A stretch of DNA of 64,000 nucleotides, from the NCBI RefSeq assembly GCF_009914755.1, contig NC_060943.1; one strand, 5' to 3'. Origin of the DNA: the human T2T-CHM13v2.0 reference genome, Homo sapiens. The notes beneath the pieces were generated by a model. That model did not search any database and was not told where the DNA came from. It saw only the letters and a program-made list of their open reading frames with translations. Shown piece after piece: positions 56,501 to 64,000 of the stretch (position 1 is its first letter; each line of letters begins with the position of its first letter). Made by a program: the position numbers and the translations under genes.

Positions 56501-58405
56501 GAACGATCCTTTACACAGAGCAGACTTGAAACACTCTTTTTGTGGAATTTGCAAGTGGAGATTTCAGCCGCTTTGAGGACAATGGTAGAATAGGAAATAT
56601 CTTCCTATAGAAACTAGACAGAATGATTCTCAGAAACTCCTTTGTGATGTGTGCGTTCAACTCACAGAGTTTAACCTTTCTTTTCATAGAGCAGTTAGGA
56701 AACACTCTGTTTGTAAAGTCTGCAAGTGGATATTCAGACCTCCTTGAGGCCTTCGTTGGAAACGGGATTTCTTCATATTATGCTAGACAGAAGAATTCTC
56801 AGTAACTTCCTTGTGTTGTGTGTATTCAACTCACAGAGTTGAACGATCCTTTACACAGAGCAGACTTGAAACACTCTTTTTGTGGAATTTGCAAGTGGAG
56901 ATTTCAGCCGCTTTGAGGTCAATGGTAGAATAGGAAATATCTTCCTATAGAAACTAGACAGAATGATTCTCAGAAACTCCTTTGTGATGTGTGCGTTCAA
57001 CTCACAGAGTTCAACCTTTCTTTTCATAGAGCAGTTGGGAAACACTCTGTTTGTAAAGTCTGCAAGTGGATATTCAGACTTCTTTGAGGCCTTCGTTGGA
57101 AGCGGGATTTCTTCATGTTCTGCTAGAGAGAAGAATTCTCAGAAACTTCCTTGTGTTGTGTGTTTTCAACTCACAGAGTTGAACGATCCTTTACACAGAG
57201 CAGACTTGAAACACTCTTTTTGTGGAATTTGCAAGTGGAGATTTCAGCCTCTTTGAGGTCAATGGTAGAATAGGAAATATCTTCCTATAGAAACTAGACA
57301 GAATGATTCTCAGAAACTCCTTTGTGATGTGTGCGTTCAACTCACAGAGTTTAACCTTTCTTTTCATAGAGCAGTTAGGAAACACTCTGTTTGTAAAGTC
57401 TGCAAGTAGATATTCAGACATCTTTGAGGCCTTCGTTGGAAACGGGATTTCTTCATGTTCTGCTAGACAGAAGAATTCTCAGAAACTTCCTTGTGTTGTG
57501 TGTTTTCAACTCACAGAGTTGAACGATGCTTTACACAGAGTAGACTTGAAACACTCTTTTTGTGTAATTTGCAAGTGGAGATTTCAGCCGCTTTGAGGTC
57601 AATGGTAGAAAAGGAAATATCTTCGTATAAAAACTAGACAGAATGATTCTCAGAAACTCCTTTGTGATGTGTGCGTTCAACTCACAGAGTTTAACCTTTC
57701 TTTTCATAGAGCAGTTAGGAAACACTCTGTTTGTAAAGTCTGCAAGTGGATATTCAGACATCCTTGAGGCTTTCGTTGGAAACGGAATTTCTTCATGTTC
57801 TGCTAGACAGAAGAATTCTCAGTAACTTCCTTGTGTTGTGTGTATTCAACTCACAGAGTTGAACGATCCTTTACACAGAGCAGACTTGAAACACTCTTTT
57901 TGTGGAATTTGCAAGTGGAGATTTCAGCCGCTTTGAGTTCAATGGTAGAATAGGAAATATCTTCCTGTAGAAACTAGACAGAATGATTCTCAGAAACTCC
58001 TTTGTGATGTGTGCGTTCAACTCACAGAGTTCAACCTTTCTTTTCATAGAGCAGTTGGGAAACACTCTGTTTGTAAAGTCTGCAAGTGGATATTCAGACT
58101 TCTTTGAGGCCTTCGTTGGAAGCGGGATTTCTTCATGTTCTGCTAGACAGAAGAATTCTCAGTAACTGCCTTGTGTTGTGTGTATTCAACTCACAGAGTT
58201 GAACGATCCTTTACACAGAGCAGACTTGAAACACTCCTTTTGTGGAATTTGCAAGTGGAGATTTCAGCCGCTTTGAGGTCAATGGTAGAATAGGAAATAT
58301 CTTCCTATAGAAACTAGACAGAATGATTCTCAGAAACTCCTTTGTGATGTGTGCGATCAACTCACAGAGTTTAACCTTTCTTTTCATAGAGCAGTTAGGA
58401 AACAC

Positions 58406-58412
58406 TCTGTAA
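58406..58412 (+). other. Third copy of the same 4-bp deletion
   Basis: AACACTCTGTAAAG; 58323 to 58659 is 336. Confidence 0.92.
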
Positions 58413-61400
58413 AGTCTGCAAGTGGATATTCAGACATCCTTGAGGCTTTCGTTGGAAACGGGATTTCTTCATATTCTGCTAGAAAGAAGAATTCTCAGTA
58501 ACTTCCTTGTGTTGTGTGTATTCAACTCACAGAGTTGAACGATCCTTTACACAGAGCAGACTTGAAACACTCTTTTTGTGGAATTTGCAAGTGGAGATTT
58601 CAGCCGCTTTGAGGTCAATGTTAGAATAGGAAATATCTTCCTATAGAAACTAGACAGAATGATTCTCAGAACCTCCTTTGTGATGTGTGCGTTCAACTCA
58701 CAGAGTTTAACCTTTCTTTTCATAGAGCAGTTAGGATACACTCTGTTTGTAAAGTCTGCAAGTGGATATTCAGACATCCTTGAGGCTTTCGTTGGAAACG
58801 GGATTTCTTCATATTCTGCTAGAAAGAAGAATTCTCAGTAACTTCCTTGTGTTGTGTGTATTCAACTCACAGAGTTGAACGATCCTTTACACTCAGCAGA
58901 CTTGAAACACTCTTTTTGTGGAATTTGCAAGTGGAGATTTCAGCCGCTTTGAGGTCAATGGTAGAATAGGAAATATCTTCCTATAGAAACTAGACAGAAT
59001 GATTCTCAGAAACTCCTTTGTGATGTGTGCGTTCAACTCACAGAGTTTATCCTTTCTTTTCATAGAGCAGTTAGGAAACACTCTGTTTGTAAAGTCTGCA
59101 TGTGGATATTCAGACATCTTTGAGGCCTTCGTTGGAAACGGGATTTCTTCATGTTCTGCTAGACAGAAGAATTCTCAGAAACTTCCTTGTGTTGTGTGTT
59201 TTCAACTCACAGAGTTGAACGATGCTTTACACAGAGTAGACTTGAAACACTCTTTTTGTGTAATTTGCAAGTGGAGATTTCAGCCGCTTTGAGGTCAATG
59301 GTAGAAAAGGAAATATCTTCGTATAAAAACTAGACAGAATGATTCTCAGAAACTCCTTTGTGATGTGTGCGTTCAACTCACAGAGTTTAACCTTTCTTTT
59401 CATAGAGCAGTTAGGAAACACTCTGTTTGTAAAGTCTGCAAGTGGATATTCAGACCTCCTTGAGGCCTTCGTTGGAAACGGGATTTCTTCATATTATGCT
59501 AGACAGAAGAATTCTCAGTAACTTCCTTGTGTTGTGTGTATTAAACTCACAGAGTTGAACGATCCTTTACACAGAGCAGACTTGAAACACTCTTTTTGTG
59601 GAATTTGCAAGTGGAGATTTCAGCCGATTTGAGGTCAATGTTAGAATAGGAAATATCTTCCTATAGAAACTAGACAGAATGATTCTCAGAACCTCCTTTG
59701 TGATGTGTGCGTTTAACTCACAGAGTTTAACCTTTCTTTTCATAGAGCAGTTAGGAAACACTCTGTTTGTAAAGTCTGCAAGTGGATATTCAGACATCCT
59801 TGAGGCTTTCGTTGGAAACGGGATTTCTTCATATTCTGCTAGAAAGAAGAATTCTCAGTAACTTCCTTGTGTTGTGTGTATTCAACTCACAGAGTTGAAC
59901 GATCCTTTACACAGAGCAGACTTGAAACACTCTTTTTGTGGAATTTGCAAGTGGAGATTTCAGCCGCTTTGTGTTCAATGGTAGAATAGGAAATATCTTC
60001 CTATAGAAACTAGACAGAATGATTCTCAGAAACTCCTTTGTGATGTGTGCGTTCAACTCACAGAGTTTAACCTTTCTTTTCATAGAGCAGTTGGGAAACA
60101 CTCTGTTTGTAAAGTCTGCAAGTGGATATTCAGACATCCTTGAGGCTTTCGTTGGAAATGGGATTTCTTCATATTCTGCTAGAAAGAAGAATTCTCAGTA
60201 ACTTCCTTGTGTTGTGTGTATTCAACTCACAGAGTTGAACGATCCTTTACACAGAGCAGACTTGAAACACTCTTTTTGTGGAATTTGCAAGTGGAGATTT
60301 CAGCCGCTTTGAGTTCAATGGTAGAATAGGAAATATCTTCCTATAGAAACTAGACAGAATGATTCTCAGAAACTCCTTTGTGATGTGTGCGTTCAACTCA
60401 CAGAGTTCAACCTTTCTTTTAATAGAGCAGTTGGGAAACACTCTGTTTGTAAAGTCTGCAAGTGGATATTCAGACTTCTTTGAGGCCTTCGTTGGAAGCG
60501 GGATTTCTTCATATTCGGCTAGACAGAAGAATTCTCAGTAACTTCCTTGTGTTGTGTGTATTCAACTCACAGAGTTGAACGATCCTTTACACAGAGCAGA
60601 CTTGAAACACTCTTTTTGTGGAATTTGCAAGTGGAGATTTCAGCCGCTTTGAGGTCAATGGTAGAATAGGAAATATCTTCCTATAGAAACTAGACAGAAT
60701 GATTCTCAGAAACTCCTTTGTGATGTGTGCGTTCAACTCACAGAGTTTAACCTTTCTTTTCATAGAGCAGTTGGGAAACACTCTGTTTGTAAAGTCTGCA
60801 AGTGGATATTCAGACATCCTTGAGGCTTTCGTTGGAAACGGGATTTCTTCATATTCTGCTAGAAAGAAGAATTCTCAGTAACTTCCTTGTGTTGTGTGTA
60901 TTCAACTCACAGAGTTGAACGATCCTTTACACAGAGCAGACTTGAAACACTCTTTTTGCGGAATTTGCAAGTGGAGATTTCAGCCGCTTTGAGGTCAATG
61001 GTAGAATAGGAAATATCTTCCTATAGAAACTAGACAGAATGATTCTCAGAAACTCCTTTGTGATGTGTGCGTTCAACTCACACAGTTTAACCTTTCTTTT
61101 CATAGAGCAGTTAGGAAACACTCTGTTTGTAAAGTCTGCAAGTGGATATTCAGACCTCCTTGAGGCCTTCGTTGGAAACGGGATTTCTTCATATTATGCT
61201 AGACAGAAGAATTCTCAGTAACTTCCTTGTGTTGTGTGTATTCAACTCACAGAGTTGAACGATCCTTTACACAGAGCAGACTTGAAACACTCTTTTTGTG
61301 GAATTTGCAAGTGGAGATTTCAGCCGCTTTGAGTTCAATGGTAGAATAGGAAATATCTTCCTATAGAAACTAGACAGAATGATTCTCAGAAACTCCTTTG

Positions 61401-64000
61401 TGATGTGTGCGTTCAACTCACAGAGTTCAACCTTTCTTTTCATAGAGCAGTTGGGAAACACTCTGTTTGTAAAGTCTGCAAGTGGATATTCAGACTTCTT
61501 TGAGGCCTTCGTTGGAAGCGGGATTTCTTCATGTTCTGCTAGACAGAAGAATTCTCAGTAACTTCCTTGTGTTGTGTGTATTCAACTCACAGAGTTGAAC
61601 GATCCTTTACACAGAGCAGACTTGAAACACTCTTTTTGTGGAATTTGCAAGTGGAGATTTCAGCCGCTTTGAGGTCAATGGTAGAATAGGAAATATCTTC
61701 CTATAGAAACTAGACAGAATGATTCTCAGAAACTCCTTTGTGATGTGTGCGTTCAACTCACAGAGTTTAACCTTTCTTTTCATAGAGCAGTTAGGAAACA
61801 CTCTGTTTGTAAAGTCTGCAAGTGGATATTCAGACATCCTTGAGGCTTTCGTTGGAAACGGGATTTCTTCATATTCTGCTAGAAAGAAGAATTCTCAGTA
61901 ACTTCCTTGTGTTGTGTGTATTCAACTCACAGAGTTGAACGATCCTTTACACAGAGCAGACTTGAAACACTCTTTTTGTGGAATTTGCAAGTGGAGATTT
62001 CAGCCGCTTTGAGGTCAATGGTAGAATAGGAAATATCTTCCTATAGAAACTAGACAGAATGATTCTCAGAAACTCCTTTGTGATGTGTGCGTTCAACTCA
62101 CAGAGTTTAACCTTTCTTTTCATAGCGCAGTTGGGAAACACTCTGTTTGTAAAGTCTGCAAGTGGATATTCAGACATCCTTGAGGCTTTCGTTGGAAACG
62201 GGATTTGTTCATATTCTGCTAGAAAGAAGAATTCTCAGTAACTTCCTTGTGTTGTGTGTATTCAACTCACAGAGTTGAACGATCCTTTACACAGAGCAGA
62301 CTTGAAACACTCTTTTTGTGGAATTTGCAAGTGGAGATTTCAGCCGCTTTGAGGTCAATGGTAGAATAGGAAATATCTTCCTATAGAAACTAGACAGAAT
62401 GATTCTCAGAAACTCCTTTGTGATGTGTGCGTTCAACTCACAGAGTTTAACCTTTCTTTTCATAGAGCAGTTGGGAAACACTCTGTTTGTAAAGTCTGCA
62501 AGTGGATATTCAGACATCCTTGAGGCTTTCGTTGGAAACGGGATTTCTTCATATTCTGCTAGAAGGAAGAATTCTCAGTAACTTCCTTGTGTTGTGTGTA
62601 TTCAACTCACAGAGTTGAACGATCCTTTATACAGAGCAGACTTGAAACACTCTTTTTGCGGAATTTGCAAGTGGAGATTTCAGCCGCTTTGAGGTCAATG
62701 GTAGAATAGGAAATATCTTCCTATAGAAACTAGACAGAATGATTCTCAGAAACTCCTTTGTGATGTGTGCGTTCAACTCACACAGTTTAACCTTTCTTTT
62801 CATAGAGCAGTTGGGAAACACTCTGTTTGTAAAGTCTGCAAGTGGATATTCAGACCTCCTTGAGGCCTTCGTTGGAAACGGGATTTCTTCATATTATGCT
62901 AGACAGAAGAATTCTCAGTAACTTCCTTGTGTTGTGTGTATTCAACTCACAGAGTTGAACGATCCTTTACACAGAGCAGACTTGAAACACTCTTTTTGTG
63001 GAATTTGCAAGTGGATATTTCAGCCGCTTTGAAGTCAATGGTAGAATAGGAAATATCTTCCTATAGAAACTAGACAGAATGATTCTCAGAAACTCCTTTG
63101 TGATGTGTGCGTTCAACTCACACAGTTTAACCTTTCTTTTCATAGAGCTGTTAGGAAACACTCTGTTTGTAAAGTCTGCAAGTGGATATTCAGACCTCCT
63201 TGAGGCCTTCGTTGGAAACGGGATTTCTTCATATTCTGCTAGAAAGAAGAATTCTCAGTAACTTCCTTGTGTTGTGTGTATTCAACTCACAGAGTTGAAC
63301 GATCCTTTACACAGAGCAGACTTGAAACACTCTTTTTGTGGAATTTGCAAGTGGAGATTTCAGCCGCTTTGAGGTCAATGGTAGAATAGGAAATATCTTC
63401 CTATAGAAACTAGACAGAATGATTCTCAGAAACTCCTTTGTGATGTGTGCGTTCAACTCACAGAGTTTAACCTTTCTTTTCATAGAGCAGTTAGGAAACA
63501 CTCTGTTTGTAAAGTCTGCAAGTGGATATTCAGACATCCTTGAGGCTTTCGTTGGAAACGGGATTTCTTCATATTCTGCTAGAAAGAAGAATTCTCAGTA
63601 ACTTCCTTGTGTTGTGTGTATTCAACACACAGAGTTGAACGATCCTTTACACAGAGCAGACTTGAAACACTCTTTTTGTGGAATTTGCAAGTGGAGATTT
63701 CAGCCGCTTTGAGGTCAATGGTAGAATAGGAAATATCTTCCTATAGAAACTAGACAGAATGATTCTCAGAAACTCCTTTGTGATGTTTGCGTTCAACTCA
63801 CAGAGTTCAACCTTTCTTTTCATAGAGCAGTTGGGAAACACTCTGTTTGTAAAGTCTGCAAGTGGATATTCAGACTTCTTTGAGGCCTTCGTTGGAAGCG
63901 GGATTTCTTCATGTTCTGCTAGACAGAAGAATTCTCAGTAACTGCCTTGTGTTGTGTGTATTCAACTCACAGAGTTGAACGATCCTTTACACAGAGCAGA

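Larger units (their letters stand above)
1..64000 (+). repeat. Centromeric alpha-satellite array, SF1 dimeric (J1/J2) 340-bp repeat, D1Z7/D5Z2/D19Z3-like; about 188 dimers, single orientation
   Basis: Strict 340-bp period: EcoRI GAATTC at 23, 363, 703...; ORF starts at 193, 533, 871, 1211...63759. The period is broken only by one 2-bp and three 4-bp deletions. There is an internal 171+169 monomer structure with a CENP-B box in every second monomer. The family assignment comes from recognising the sequence, not from a search. Confidence 0.97.

Noticed and set aside
81-63941. Hundreds of 60-101 aa ORFs on both strands (MILRNSFV..., MFPNCSMK..., MSEYPLAD...)
   Set aside because: They recur once per 340-bp dimer, are freely broken by stops and frameshifts (for example 17912, 20625, 14217), and resemble no protein family I recognise. 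They are chance reading frames of satellite DNA.
1-64000. CRISPR-like or other repeat-spacer array
   Set aside because: There are no unique spacers; the entire unit is repeated at very high identity and is recognisable alpha-satellite.
1-64000. L1/Alu insertion, inversion or non-satellite island
   Set aside because: The 340-bp register is continuous in one orientation throughout, apart from four small deletions.
1-64000. Assignment to a specific chromosome or to the kinetochore (hypomethylated CDR) site
   Set aside because: This dimer family is shared by chr1, chr5 and chr19, and kinetochore position is epigenetic. Neither can be read from this sequence without alignment and chromatin data.
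1-64000. A previously undescribed gene-encoded biological system
   Set aside because: There is no evidence for one. The notable signals are structural and evolutionary patterns within a well-known satellite family.

Overview
The whole 64 kb window is one uninterrupted, head-to-tail primate (human-like) centromeric alpha-satellite array. It consists of about 188 copies of a 340-bp dimer: a 171-bp A-type monomer plus a 169-bp B-type monomer carrying a CENP-B box (YTTCGTTGGAARCGGGA), with one EcoRI site per dimer. The dimer matches what I recognise as the suprachromosomal family 1 (J1/J2) repeat of the D1Z7/D5Z2/D19Z3 type (chr1/5/19 centromeres); the chromosome cannot be determined from the window alone. 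I see no genes, transposon insertions or inversions, and every ORF in the track is a by-product of the repeat. The information lies in shared single-base variants between dimers. These show nested multi-kb tandem duplications whose order can be inferred (17.2-28.8 kb), further 1.0-9.5 kb block duplications, and a non-random 3-4-dimer spacing of one dimer variant. They also show two haplotype layers, a 4-bp deletion on three backgrounds, and uneven loss of CENP-B boxes. All alignments and counts were made by eye. I find no support for a new gene-based system.
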